Shown here in pieces: positions 12,866 to 25,655 of a stretch of 63,959 nucleotides of DNA (positions within the stretch are counted from its first letter, which is position 1; each line of letters begins with the position of its first letter). The stretch is from NCBI GenBank assembly GCA_034780895.1, contig JAUZTB010000062.1, positions 18,286,821 through 18,350,779 of the forward strand, read 5' to 3'. The DNA comes from Rhynchobatus australiae (lineage: Eukaryota). The translations under genes and the position numbers were made by a program. The notes under the pieces are model-generated. The model searched no databases, was not told the DNA's origin, and was given only the letters and a program-made list of their open reading frames with translations.

Positions 12866-12927
12866 AAAACTCCAACTTCAACAGGCAGTCATCTACTGAA
12901 TTCTGTGCCTGTTGAAGTTGGAGTTTT
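12866..12927. repeat. Perfect 22-bp inverted repeat with 18-nt loop
   Basis: AAAACTCCAACTTCAACAGGCA (12866-12887) is the exact reverse complement of TGCCTGTTGAAGTTGGAGTTTT (12906-12927). Confidence 0.95.
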
Positions 12928-13877
12928 ACAATTTGGGCACCTTTAGGCCAACTCTGGTATGGTTTAGATTTGAAGGTGGCAGGCCCATTCATTTTGTTGA
13001 AGATGCTCTGAACCCCATTCTTTCTGTTGTCCACTTTGTTATTGTGCTTTCCAAGGGAAGTTGCCTGGTCACAGTTGTAACATAATTGCGGACAGTTTAC
13101 AGCCTGAGCTGTTGGTTCAGATTTGTTTTGTTTCAGTAGGTTTGTCCGAGGGTGACCTTCCATGACCAATTCCATCAATCCTGCACTTTCTCTCCTTGCT
13201 TTTTGTCTTGTTCTTTGGCACGCAGGGAGTACTTGCATTAAACTGATTGGATTTTAATGACAGTCATCTGTCAAACTGTAGGAGATGGATTCTGTGCTAA
13301 ATCACAGATGAATACATTATCAGTGGGTAATTCTGTTGAATGTAAGTGATGAATGAATTTTAAGGTGGGGATCGAGGGGGAAGGGTTGAACATAATCAGT
13401 GAAAAACATTTTAATATAAAATGAATCCTGCAGTGAGCAAATAATTTTAAACATGTTATGCTTCCTTAAGGTGATGCTTATTCATTTCTTGTTATATTTT
13501 AATGTAAATTAAATCAATTGAGTAGAAATATTTATATGCTTCCATATATTAAAAGTATTAAACCAGTTATGAGCAGTGCTCTTACAGCTCAGCATTGTTC
13601 CAGTGACCTGCTGAGGAAGTGAGTAACAAAAGGAATTATGGGGCCAAGATGCTGAGAATTTCCAGCTGTGTTTTACAATTAGTGTCACAATTACACAAGG
13701 ACAAGGAGGAGCATCTTTTTCAGAGGGATCATCAGAATTAGATGCTTGTAGTTCAGTTCTGTTGCTCTTACCCTCTTATACAGCTGAATAATCAGAAGTT
13801 TGCTGCTAACAACCTGCATTCAGTGCCTTGAAAATTAGCAACTGTAAATGATTTCTAAAGGTTGCTCTTGTTTAGTT

Positions 13878-14875
13878 TTAAGAACATAGGAGCAGAAAGA
13901 CATTCAGCCCCTCGAGCCTCCTTCATCTTGGCTGATTTTCTACCTCAAACATTTTCCTGACCCATCTCCTTATCCCATGATTCCTTTAATACCACAAATC
14001 TATTGATCTCTGTTTTGAATGCAATCAATGACCAAACCTCCACCACCTTCCACAGCACAGGATTCCAAAGGTTCCCCATCCTCTGAGTGAAGACATTTAT
14101 CCTCTTTTCAGTCTTGATCGGCCTCCTCCTTATTTTGTGATTTTGACCCCTAGTTGTGGTCTCCTTTGTTAGGGGCAGCATTTTGTTTGTGTCGGTAAGG
14201 TCACCTCTAATTCTGAACTCTGGAGAATAGAGGCCTAGCCTGTTCATTCTCTGGATATGGCAGACTTGCCATCCCAGGGAGCAGTCTGATGAATCTTTGC
14301 TATACTCCCTCTGTAGCAAATGTATCCTTTTTTGATAATAAACTCAAAATTGTACACAATACATCAAGTGCGATCTTGCCAAGATGCTACATAATCATAA
14401 CAGGACATCCTTTATACTTAAATCTTCTTGTGATGTAGGCAAATATACCAATTGTCTTCCTAATTGCCTGCTGCACCTGCATGTTAGCTTTTAGTGATGT
14501 GTGTAAGGACATCCATACTTCTTAATCTCGTACCACTTTAAAAAAAACAATACTCAGCAGTTTTTTTTCTGTCAAAGAGGACAATCTCTCATTTTTCCAC
14601 ATTGCACTTCATCTGCCATGTTGTTGCCCACTTATGCAGCTGATCTGTGTCTCCTTGAAGCCTCTTTCAATCATCATTACTACTCACATTTCCAATAAGT
14701 TTCATGTCATCAACAAATTTTATTTCCATTTGGTCTCCTCAGTCAAATAGTTCGTATATATGATAAATAATTGTGACCTCTCTGGTAGCCCACCAGCCAC
14801 GGTCTGCCAACCTGAGAAGGACCCATTTATTCCTGCTCTTTGTTTTCTATCTGTGAACCCAACTTTCAGTTCATG
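13878..14875 (-). mobile_element. CR1 LINE 3' portion including tail
   Basis: RKQRAGINGSFSGWQTVAGGLP (RT) and MNRLGLYSPEFRIRGDL...NVFTQRMGNLWN; 3' end GGGGCTGAATG...TGCTCCTATGTTCTT. Confidence 0.9.
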
Positions 14876-16259
14876 NNNNNNNNNNNNNNNNNNNNNNNNN
14901 NNNNNNNNNNNNNNNNNNNNNNNNNNNNNNNNNNNNNNNNNNNNNNNNNNNNNNNNNNNNNNNNNNNNNNNNNNNNNNNNNNNNNNNNNNNNNNNNNNNN
15001 NNNNNNNNNNNNNNNNNNNNNNNNNNNNNNNNNNNNNNNNNNNNNNNNNNNNNNNNNNNNNNNNNNNNNNNNNNNNNNNNNNNNNNNNNNNNNNNNNNNN
15101 NNNNNNNNNNNNNNNNNNNNNNNNNNNNNNNNNNNNNNNNNNNNNNNNNNNNNNNNNNNNNNNNNNNNNNNNNNNNNNNNNNNNNNNNNNNNNNNNNNNN
15201 NNNNNNNNNNNNNNNNNNNNNNNNNNNNNNNNNNNNNNNNNNNNNNNNNNNNNNNNNNNNNNNNNNNNNNNNNNNNNNNNNNNNNNNNNNNNNNNNNNNN
15301 NNNNNNNNNNNNNNNNNNNNNNNNNNNNNNNNNNNNNNNNNNNNNNNNNNNNNNNNNNNNNNNNNNNNNNNNNNNNNNNNNNNNNNNNNNNNNNNNNNNN
15401 NNNNNNNNNNNNNNNNNNNNNNNNNNNNNNNNNNNNNNNNNNNNNNNNNNNNNNNNNNNNNNNNNNNNNNNNNNNNNNCATTATCGTTCTTGAAATGTTC
15501 CCTTGTCATTCAATCCCAGAGAAGCCAAGGGCAGAGTGGGCCTGCAGCTAATCCCTGTCAGTCAAGGTTGGGGATAAGCACTTGAGGACCTGGCTGAATT
15601 ACTGCCTTGGACATTCAGTTACAAAATTTGCTGAAAATATTCATTCCTTCTGTCTTTCAATACCGCTGCGCTTTGGGGAAAACAATGCCATGCAGAACCT
15701 CCTGTTACGAACAAAGCCAATTGGACTTGTGCATTTTAGAAACAAGTTAAAAATCACAAAAAGTGATATATTTCATAAAGGCAAGTGTTTGTGTGTGCAC
15801 TTTCATTTTCTACAGGTCCAGGCAGATGTAATTACCCTGCTTTGCATCAGACACTAATAGGTTTAATAGAATTAATGTTATTGTTCTCTGCTATGGGAGT
15901 TTTACTGCAGTCAAAATTGTTTTCCACATCCTGGCGATCAACCAACCAGTGTGCTCAGTCAATGTTTGACCTGTTCCTGGTACCTCCAAATAATAAAGGA
16001 CTGCATTGTTCAAATGGTACAATGATATCTGAAGAAACAAGAATGTGCCCATCAATGTTTTTCAGAACTTTGTTAATCCCTCTCATTTCGTCTGGATGTC
16101 CATTAAATCAATAATTGTCAACATGAAATGGATTCCTTAACACAATTTCATTATAAATCCAGCAAAAGTTTCCCAAAGAGCAAAGTTACTGAGATAGAAT
16201 GCAGGGAGGTATGTTGTTTACCAAAAAACATGGTTGTTATTCCTATTGGTGATGACATT

Positions 16260-18450
16260 CATTACTGAGGATCCCACAACTTATGGATGATCTCTCCTGC
16301 ATGTTTACTAATGGATTGCAAGGTGATTCAGAAGTCTGATTCTAGAACTACAACGTTCCTCACAGGTCAGCTGCTCTTTCCCTCTCACTCTTTCTCTCCC
16401 TTTAGATTCGGGGGTACAGCTATTATCCTCAGAGCAGGCCAGTGCCTAATGGTGAATGTGATGCCACTGAGACCAATTGATCACATGCTCCTCCTAGCTT
16501 ATGATGTCTACACCCATTAACTTGAGCTGTGCCTTCAGCACATCTTTTGACCACCAAGTGATCTGTGGCCATGGATGAGATGGGAGCAGGGGCATTGTGT
16601 GAGGAAATGAGATTCTGGCATCCACAGACAATATCAGGTCCAGTGTTGTTGTCATATGAGCTTCATTACCTCAGTGCTGGTGACATTGGGCTGGCATTAG
16701 TGCAGCAAACTTTCTTCTTACTACATAAGATCTTGTGGAAACATTGTGGAAGATAGCTCTCCAGCTTCTGCTATTATCATAGAGGGAAACATCAGGGCAG
16801 TTTACTAATGAAAACACTTCACACTGGATCCTGAGTTGAATCTCACAGCCGATGATGGTACTTTGAGAGCGGTGATTGCTGAGGTAACAGAAGGGCTCAA
16901 CTGTCTCCAAGGTCTATCTCTCACCAGTGATTGATGGTAGGTCATGTGCAAGGCCTCAGATAGGCTGATAGAGCCCCTCTGTTCTTCTCAAAATTGACTG
17001 AGAAGTTGTATGATAAGCTATGGCTATGGTAAATTGTGCAAGAGCTCCCAGGCAGATTGAAGGTTATTCTCAGTGTCTGCAACTATGGCACCGTCAGCAG
17101 CATACTGAGTATCTATAATAGATGCCTCAGACTTTCTGCTCTTCATGCGTAGATGCCATAGAATACAGAACTGTCCATCCATTATGTATTAGATATCAAT
17201 TTTGATGGAAACTCAGTATTTAATAAGGGCAAAAATGACTGCTAGGAGGGTGAAAACAGGGTGAAAATACAATCATGATTAACTCCAGTTTTGGTGACAG
17301 ATAGGTCTCTGTCCAACCCATTACAGAGCAGTCATCTGATGATGAATACACAAGACCTTAATAAAGTTTGGAGGGTAGCCAAATCAAGCCAGTATCTTCC
17401 ATTGTACTTCACGATTGATGGAGTCAAAGTTCATCATCAAAACAGTGAAAACTACATTGAGGCCCTGATTTTGTGTTGTTTTTCTTAGATCTGAGGGTCA
17501 ATGTAGATCATGTCTGCTGTTCTGTGGGATGTTCTGAAACTGCATTGAGATTGCAGCAGGATTTCCTCAGCATCAAGTTGTAATCTGCAAGGCTTCTTCC
17601 TGCCATAGAACTAGAGCAATGCCTTGATAATTTCCATTCTCCAACCTATTTCATTTCTTCAAGATATAACAATGTTTTCATTTCTTCAGTCCTCTGGAAT
17701 CTTAGCATTATTTCAAATTTGAAGATACTTTGGGGCCCTTCTGTACACATTTCTTTACATCTAAACTCTTTGACTTCAGCTGGTGTACCATCTGGCCCTG
17801 TTTGTACAATGGAATGTCTTATCTCTTGGAGAATGGGGGGAATCTGTGAGATTCTGTTCCAGGGCATTACAGGATGGATTTGATAGTGATGGTGTCATAG
17901 TTAACTCGTGGTTCAGGAGTGGCTTTGATGGCTAAAGCTTTGCTGAAGGAACGTTGATTAATCTTTGTCTCAGAATGGAACGTGACAGTGGAAGCTTTGT
18001 CCATAAATGCTTCTGATATCCTGGAAAAGCTCCTCTGGATCCCTCGCCTGAGATAGTTGCCTCCAGAAAAGTGCCTGTAGAGCATCCAAAGCTTGGCTAA
18101 AAACGCTGGCAAGCCAACAGAAACAGGTACATGCAGTGAAATGTGAAACAGAAAAAATAGAGGAAGTGGCCAAGATGTTGTTGGTATTGTGTACAGCAAT
18201 GTGAGCAGCTAAAGAAAACATCCTCTCTGTATTGGAGAAAAATGTCTGCTGTGTGGAATAGGAAATTGTCAGTGCACATTGAGGAGGACATCAAATGCCC
18301 ATTGAGTGGACAAAGTGAGCTGTGCAGTATCAGAGATTTGGTTGGATTCAGAGCACCAGTTGAGAAGAATGTACCTTGTATCAAATGAGCCTAATTCTGT
18401 GAAGGAGCACTCATTAATTATATCCATGTCAAAGTGTTCATGCGAGGGCA
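16260..18450 (-). mobile_element. Degenerate RTE-clade LINE (RT and C-terminal zinc finger)
   Basis: Collinear motifs: FQDIRSIYGQ, TGPDGTPAE, GNYQGIAL, EILLQSQCSFR..TADMIY, FDSINRE..WKILA*FGYP, QYAAD (decayed YADD, about 17092-17107), ETVEPFCYL, KDVLKAQLK, and TCEERCSSRIRLLNHLAIH* (stop at 16308-16310). Confidence 0.88.
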
Positions 18451-20488
18451 CACAGTGACATTTCATCTTGACTCAGCACCAATGTACAATTGTCCTTCTG
18501 AAGAACCTCCAATTTTGAAGTGGTATAGTTGAAAGCCAATGATACAAAAACACTAATACAGACACAACACACTGGAATATATTTAATGCACTGGAAGTAC
18601 AATTTGTTTTTGTTTACCAAAACAAGCTTGATCATTTAAAGATAATGGTCTGGAACTTGGTCTGCACTGTACCTCTTTCTCAGATGTTGGTCAGACTACT
18701 GAGGACTGAACGTGGTAGAAATAACAACCAAAAGTGTGCCACTTGCTGCAAGGATGAACCAACCATCCCACTTTACCCATTCATGAAACAGGGCTTAGGC
18801 CGTTGCATACCCATAAAAGATAACCTGCGGTCTGTTCTGCCTGCCGCACCCTCCACGGCTACAGATAATTAGGAATAAATGTGGAAGAAGGGATCTGAGG
18901 TGAGATGATGTTTGTCCCCAAGACTGTGGAAAAACAAATACCATAAATCCAATTTGCACATGCATACATGTTCTTTGAAGGGATTTCAATTTTGGGAAGC
19001 ATCTTACTTTGAAAATATTCAGCATCTTTTCTGCAGACAGCTCGTTGTTCATGTGACTGAGTGCCACTCACTTTGTAGCCAGTGCACAGTACAGGAAAGC
19101 ATAATTACAAGCTTAAAACTTGCACATTTACCTGCAGTCCACAGATGGTGGAAGACGAGATAAGAACCTTAGGCCATGAGGTAAAGAGGTAGTGGGAGTG
19201 GAGATGTAGTATGATAGCATGGGAAATGTACTTTGGAAGCAGAGGTTTGAGAGCGGGAATGGAGACGCCTNNNNNNNNNNNNNNNNNNNNNNNNNNNNNN
19301 NNNNNNNNNNNNNNNNNNNNNNNNNNNNNNNNNNNNNNNNNNNNNNNNNNNNNNNNNNNNNNNNNNNNNNNNNNNNNNNNNNNNNNNNNNNNNNNNNNNN
19401 NNNNNNNNNNNNNNNNNNNNNNNNNNNNNNNNNNNNNNNNNNNNNNNNNNNNNNNNNNNNNNNNNNNNNNNNNNNNNNNNNNNNNNNNNNNNNNNNNNNN
19501 NNNNNNNNNNNNNNNNNNNNNNNNNNNNNNNNNNNNNNNNNNNNNNNNNNNNNNNNNNNNNNNNNNNNNNNNNNNNNNNNNNNNNNNNNNNNNNNNNNNN
19601 NNNNNNNNNNNNNNNNNNNNNNNNNNNNNNNNNNNNNNNNNNNNNNNNNNNNNNNNNNNNNNNNNNNNNNNNNNNNNNNNNNNNNNNNNNNNNNNNNNNN
19701 NNNNNNNNNNNNNNNNNNNNNNNNNNNNNNNNNNNNNNNNNNNNNNNNNNNNNNNNNNNNNNNNNNNNNNNNNNNNNNNNNNNNNNNNNNNNNNNNNNNN
19801 NNNNNNNNNCTTTTAGTTTATTAACACACAAATTGAGCTCCCCTTCTTACCGTGCAGTAATAGGTAAATAAACCATATGAACAAGGTTAGAGTGTTGAAC
19901 ATCTGCAGGGAAATATGAAGCATGGCATTAATAATCAATAAGAGTATAATAGATTGAAAAGCCCAAGACACAGGCAATGAGCTGAGGACATCTAAGAGCA
20001 TAATATACCGCTCCCAGCAAATGTTTCTGCAGACTCTGTGCATTTCTAGCAATGATCTCAGCTTGTAGCAATTTTATTTCCTGTATAGGGAAATAAACCT
20101 TTGTAACAGGGTCAAAGGAACAATGTGGATTATTGCTGTCATTGAAAGCAGATGAATGCTTAAATGTTTAACATTCCTCTTTGCAGAGACGATGAATCCA
20201 TTTTCTATCCATTGCATTATTTGTAAATAATTTATTCTACAACTAGAACAAATACTAATTGCCTTAAGAACACTCTGAATGCTAAGATCTTATTATCACT
20301 CTCCATTTAAAACATTTCTCATCTTTTGATTTTTTTCAATCAAGTTGGATGATCTCTCATTTTTCTACATCATATGCTGTGAACTTGCCCAGATATGCAT
20401 TTTGCAGACTGCTGGTTGAAATATGGGTTATTGGAAAATCTCAATAGAAATTTACTGTCATTCACGTTTATATATTACTCCTTTATAG

Positions 20489-20682
20489 ATGGTGGTACTG
20501 ATGGATCCAATGGAAGATCCTGATGACATACTGCGNNNNNNNNNNNNNNNNNNNNNNNNNNNNNNNNNNNNNNNNNNNNNNNNNNNNNNNNNNNNNNNNN
20601 NNNNNNNNNNNNNNNNNNNNNNNNNNNNNNNNNNNAGAAATCATACATGTTTGATGTGGCCTTCAATTATACTGCAACACAG
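20489..20682 (+). CDS. kif19: kif19 exon 3 (loop 2 region), interrupted by a 100-N gap
   Basis: ctttatag|ATG; MVVLMDPMEDPDDILR-[gap 20536-20635]-EKSYMFDVAFNYTATQ; CAG|gtgaga donor, phase 0. Confidence 0.93.
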
Positions 20683-22639
20683 GTGAGACATGAACTATTG
20701 TACCAAATTGTGTTCAAACCTCATTTAGAATGCGGTGTCCAGTTTATAGCCTCTTCCCATAATGAAGTTGTGATTTTAATATTGGCCATGTGTGAGGAAT
20801 ACCAAAGGCACATTTTTCAGAAGATGCCATAGCATTAATGACATTCAGAATGAGCAAGCTCAGTATAGGGCTCAAAATCATAGCCATCTAAAGCTGATAT
20901 CCCTGTCAGAGGCTCTAGTAAACAATGCACCAACACCACCCACCGGTGATTAATTAACACAGGCCAAACAAGTAGGTGCAGTGAAATTAGTGGCTTCAGC
21001 GGTACAGATCTGGAGATAATCCAGAATACTGGATCAGTCACAAAGAAGGAGTTTATCACGGCACACTCAACTATTTCCCTTGTACCTTTGTCCATACTGT
21101 ATACACTTCTTATTCTCCTTGCACAAGGCGCTCTTACAAAATCAGAAACTCTGCCTCTATTCACTGTACTCTCTGACTTGCGGAGTATTTCCAGCATTTT
21201 CTATTTGTTTTTTTTACAGTGTAGTTCCGTAGGGACCTTAGCTTGAACCAACGCCATGGTACTTTCTGCAGCAGGAATCCAATTTGCATTTTTTTGTGAT
21301 AAGAGGAAGGCTTCCAAACATGCAAAGCAACACAAATCTTTTCATGAAAATCACACTTAATAGTTTTGGTCAGAGCAGCTGGCCTACCATTGTGTAATTA
21401 AGTTATTGTATAATTAAACTCAGAATCTACTTACTTTAACCACCTGGTCATCAGTTGCTTTTTGACACATACTGAGGCTACACAGGGGGCCTGCACAAGT
21501 TAGGCAAAGGTGTGGATGCTCTGACGTTCGATACATACACAATGTTTTTAGGTACCACTAAGGAACTTCCAGGCCACTCTCTGTATGCATCAGAAACTTT
21601 GACCAAATTTTACATTTTTGACCATNNNNNNNNNNNNNNNNNNNNNNNNNNNNNNNNNNNNNNNNNNNNNNNNNNNNNNNNNNNNNNNNNNNNNNNNNNN
21701 NNNNNNNNNNNNNNNNNNNNNNNNNNNNNNNNNNNNNNNNNNNNNNNNNNNNNNNNNNNNNNNNNNNNNNNNNNNNNNNNNNNNNNNNNNNNNNNNNNNN
21801 NNNNNNNNNNNNNNNNNNNNNNNNNNNGTCTCACCAAGAAAAACGTTTAACTCCATTTCATTAGTGTGAGGTCTAATAACGTGAGAGTAACTTCTATATA
21901 TCTGACTGGATAATGCATTTGACTTTCCAGTTTAGTATATTCAGGGTATCTGTATTTTGTGCTCTTGTACTCTTTCTTCTTTGAAATCCAGAACAGGTTA
22001 AACAACTGGAAAATTTCAGTTGAGTTTTGTGGTTGATAATGTTCAGAAGGAATTGGCAAATGGCAGTAAGGGTTTTAATAGAATTAAGATGAATGGTTTT
22101 TAACAAACTCCTAGGCTCCAATTTAGTATATGACCAAATGGCAGAATTCCCTGCAATGATTATTGTATCATGGTTGACTGACACTGGTTGACTGGATGGT
22201 TTTGTCCATGATAGCCTGGTGATTGCTTCAGGGTCAGCATTCAATTGAACTACAAGAATAGAAAGCATGGATAACCAGAATTACACTCTATACAGTAAAT
22301 TCAAACTTGGTTACTTCATGCAGTCAAAACCAGATTGTCCATGGACTATAAGAGAATGTAAGTGATTCCAATAATTTTTCTGTTGCCCAAAATACACTCT
22401 GCTCCCACTGAGTTATCAAATGCCATGAATGCTTTTTATAGGAATCTAAATTGAAAAGCAGAAAATAATGCAAAAGGGAAATAAGAAGCACTTATGTCTG
22501 TTTAAAGATGTATATCCTTTTAAATAATGCTAGATCCAGAAGTATTTTGTATCATATTGATTGTGCTGTCATGTACTGTAATATTCCCACATTATAACAT
22601 CTGTATAGTTTTAATAATGTTGGAAGGGGAAACACATAT

Positions 22640-22850
22640 TCACAAGGAATAGAGGGATAATGCCCCACACTTCTCCAAACCAGTTGCATGGGACCTTTTT
22701 ACATGAAAAAGCGGACTGAGTTTTAATGAAGCATTTCATCCGAAGGAAAGCACTGTTCCCTCAGCACCAGAATTTCGTGCTCAAATCTCTAAATGGGACA
22801 TGAACCCACAGATTCAGGGGCTGGAATGCCGGTTGTTAAGCCACAGCTGG
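22640..22850 (-). mobile_element. Deu-domain SINE (SacSINE1/AmnSINE-related) remnant
   Basis: CATTTCATCCGAAGG...TCCCTCAGCAC...GTGCTCAAATCTCT..ATGGGACATGAACCCACA...AAGCCACAGCTG is the reverse complement of a tRNA head plus Deu core. Related fragments at about 5790-5950, 25920-26045 and 51390-51940. Confidence 0.65.
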
Positions 22851-23659
22851 CAATGTGTAGCAGCATTCCTTGCTCAACATTCTGTAGACTGGTACAATGG
22901 TCGGCCATTCTTACCCACTAAAAATGCAAATCATAAATGTGAAAAAATGTGTAGTTTTTTTATGTGAGAATATTTAATGACTTTTTTTATAACAATCTAA
23001 TTAAGGCAGTGGCACTCATGAAATGTCAGTTAATTACATAATTGGAAAAACAGGTTTGTATCAAGGTTTTAGAGAGAGGAAGTTATTGCCCTGGTTATGT
23101 TACTGGAGATTTTGCTTAAATGAAAGCAGTCATCTTTAAAAAAAAACAGAGATGGGACTTATCTCTGCATGTGATCCACAATACAAGTATGAAGAATAAT
23201 AGGAAAGGTCCAAATATATAAATAATGTATTAGCATGTCTTTTACTTGAAACATACCTTTGCCATTAGCATGTGTTTCTGGCTTCAGAAATGTGCTCAGA
23301 TATAGAAAGCATGATGATGGTTGTGTTTCACATTCACTGCTCTGCAGATCAGGTTTCAATCTTGGATCAGTGGGGTGTAATAAGATCCAGAGCTGGTTTA
23401 GCACTAATTTTCAAGTTTTACTTATGGTTATGACTGTGAGGAAATGACCTGATAATCTATGTGGGGAAAATAATCACAGAAAATGTGATGCTTTTTTCAT
23501 CAAATGCTTTGTCATTAGATTCTACAAAGTTAATGACTACCTTTTTTAAGCTCTTGCTTCATGTTGAGTTCATAAATAAAAATAAATAACAATTTGTTTG
23601 ATTGATGTAACTTCAGTTGCCCAGAATTTAATATGCATGGTTTAATTGGCTGTCATTGC

Positions 23660-23995
23660 AAATCATTTAGTGGGACAGCTACCTCACACTGCCAGAGACC
23701 TGGGTTCAGTCCTGATCTCAGGTGCTGCCTTTCTGGAGTTTTTACGTTCTCCCTATGACTACATGGGTTTCCTCTGGGTGCTCCAGCTTGCTCCCATATG
23801 CCATAGACGTGTTGGTTGGTAGGTTAATTGGCCACTAAATTGCCCCCAGTGTATGTAGGTGAGTGATAGAATCTGGAAGGAGCCAATGAGAGTGTGGGGA
23901 GAATAAAGTGGGATGAATGTAGATGGTATAAATGAGTGGTTGATGGTTGGCACAGACTAAAGGCCTGTTTCCATGCTGTCTCTCTTTATGACTCA
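23660..23995 (+). mobile_element. V-SINE
   Basis: CCTGGGTTCAGTCCTGA B-box, then GGAGTTTTTACGTTCTCCC..TGGGTTTCCTCTGGGTGCTCCAG V-core, then CR1-like tail GGCCTGTTTCCATGCTGT. Confidence 0.85.
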
Positions 23996-24424
23996 GTAAT
24001 CCTTCCACTGGATGCACATCTAATGAAAGGTCAGCAACTTTGAAAATTAACTTTTTTTTCTCCACACATGCTTCCTCATCTGTTGAATGTTTCCAGTAAT
24101 CTCTTGTTTTATTACACATCTTTAAAAACTAACTTTTGGCTCAAAGTTTTCAGAGGCTTCATTTTAAAACCTATAAAAGTAAATATGCAGTTTTGTTCAT
24201 TATTTATGCCTGGAAACAATTGGGGGTGCAGAGGCATGGAGTGTGGGCAAGGGGGTGGGGAGTTAGTTGCCTATATAGTGTCCGATGCGTGATGTTTTTC
24301 CCTTCCAAGGAAAGTTTTTATTGTCACCAAATGCAAACTATGAATCATCTACATTTATCCAGCATTTTTATCTTGGAGAAACATTATCACAGTGCAAGAT
24401 TTATACCTCTAAACTTCTAACATG

Positions 24425-24699
24425 ACATGGTACTGTAGCGGTTAGCGAAATGCTTTTACGGCGCCAGTGACCCAGGTTCAATTCCTGCCGCTATCTGTAA
24501 GGAGTTTGTATGTTCTCCCCATAACTGTGTGGGTTTCCTTCCACATTCCAAAGACGTACAGGTTAGGAGCTGTGGGCATGCTCTGTTCGTGCCAGAAGAG
24601 TGGCAACACTTGCAGCTGCCCCCAGCACATTCTCAGTAACACAAAAAGCTGCATTTCACTGTGTGTTTCAATGTATATGTGTGACTGATAAATAAATAT
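24425..24699 (+). mobile_element. V-SINE variant with well-preserved Pol III promoter and different (Rex1-like) tail
   Basis: A-box-like TAGCGGTTAGCG and B-box GGTTCAATTCC; V-core GGAGTTTGTATGTTCTCCCC; tail TTTCACTGTGTGTTTCAATGTATATGTGTGACTGATAAATAAA. Confidence 0.8.
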
Positions 24700-25655
24700 N
24701 NNNNNNNNNNNNNNNNNNNNNNNNNNNNNNNNNNNNNNNNNNNNNNNNNNNNNNNNNNNNNNNNNNNNNNNNNNNNNNNNNNNNNNNNNNNNNNNNNNNN
24801 NNNNNNNNNNNNNGTTTGCTGCAAACAAACATTTGTAACAACACAACTGAATAGTAGAGCTGTAAGTTGCACATTTCAGCTGACCCTCTGATCCCTAATT
24901 CGTAACTCCTGTGGGTTCCCTAAGAAATAGGAGCCAGCTGGATGTGTGCTTCAGCAAAGTGGTTCATGCAAGTTAAATCTCATAGCAGGATTTTTTTTCA
25001 GCTACAAACATAAATCTCAATCAATTGGAAATGTGGTCGGCTCCCAGACCATGGTACAGGAAATACTATTCATTTGGAGATTTTTTTTTGCCTGTGCAGC
25101 TCTGATATGTCATTATGTATATTTTTTAATTACTATTCCAAAGATCTGCCTGGACAATCTCCAGTTCAAAAACTTTATTTCAAATGAAAAACAAAGAATC
25201 GTATAAACTTCTGTTTTAAATTATTGAAGCAGTTTTCTGTTTTGATTCAATAGAGCTTTCACTAAGTTAACAAATTTCATTATAAGCAATAATTCAGAAG
25301 ACACTGTGATAGAAAAAGCAATAAATGTCCTGAACATAATTTGATTGTTACAAAATGATTAATAGGACATTTAATTGGTTAAATAGTATAGTGGTAGTTG
25401 TGGGGAAAGTGGTGGTGATTGTGATGCAATGGGTATGTTGCTGTGTAGTAGCCCAGAGGCCTGGAATAACAGTCCAGAGACCTGAGTTCAAATCCTATCC
25501 TGATAGTAGTGACATTTAAAATTCAGTTAGTGAAGTGTGATTAGGTTTAGTAATGATGACCACCTATTCCACCTTGTTCATTATTGTCCTTCAGGGAGGA
25601 AATCTGTCATCTCTTAGCAGATGTGCCTGGTTTGTGACTCCAGACACCAGAACAA

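Noticed and set aside
13365-13400. Polypurine tract and 3' LTR of the Gypsy element (GAGGGGGAAGGG)
   Set aside because: The downstream sequence shows no visible match to the putative 5' LTR at 9383-9519.
15782-15857. Candidate kif19 exon 2 after ttttctacag at about 15815
   Set aside because: The translation VQADVITLLCIRH* does not resemble VALRVRP and stops early.
24425-24495. tRNA gene
   Set aside because: The A and B boxes run straight into a V-SINE core; there is no acceptor stem or cloverleaf.
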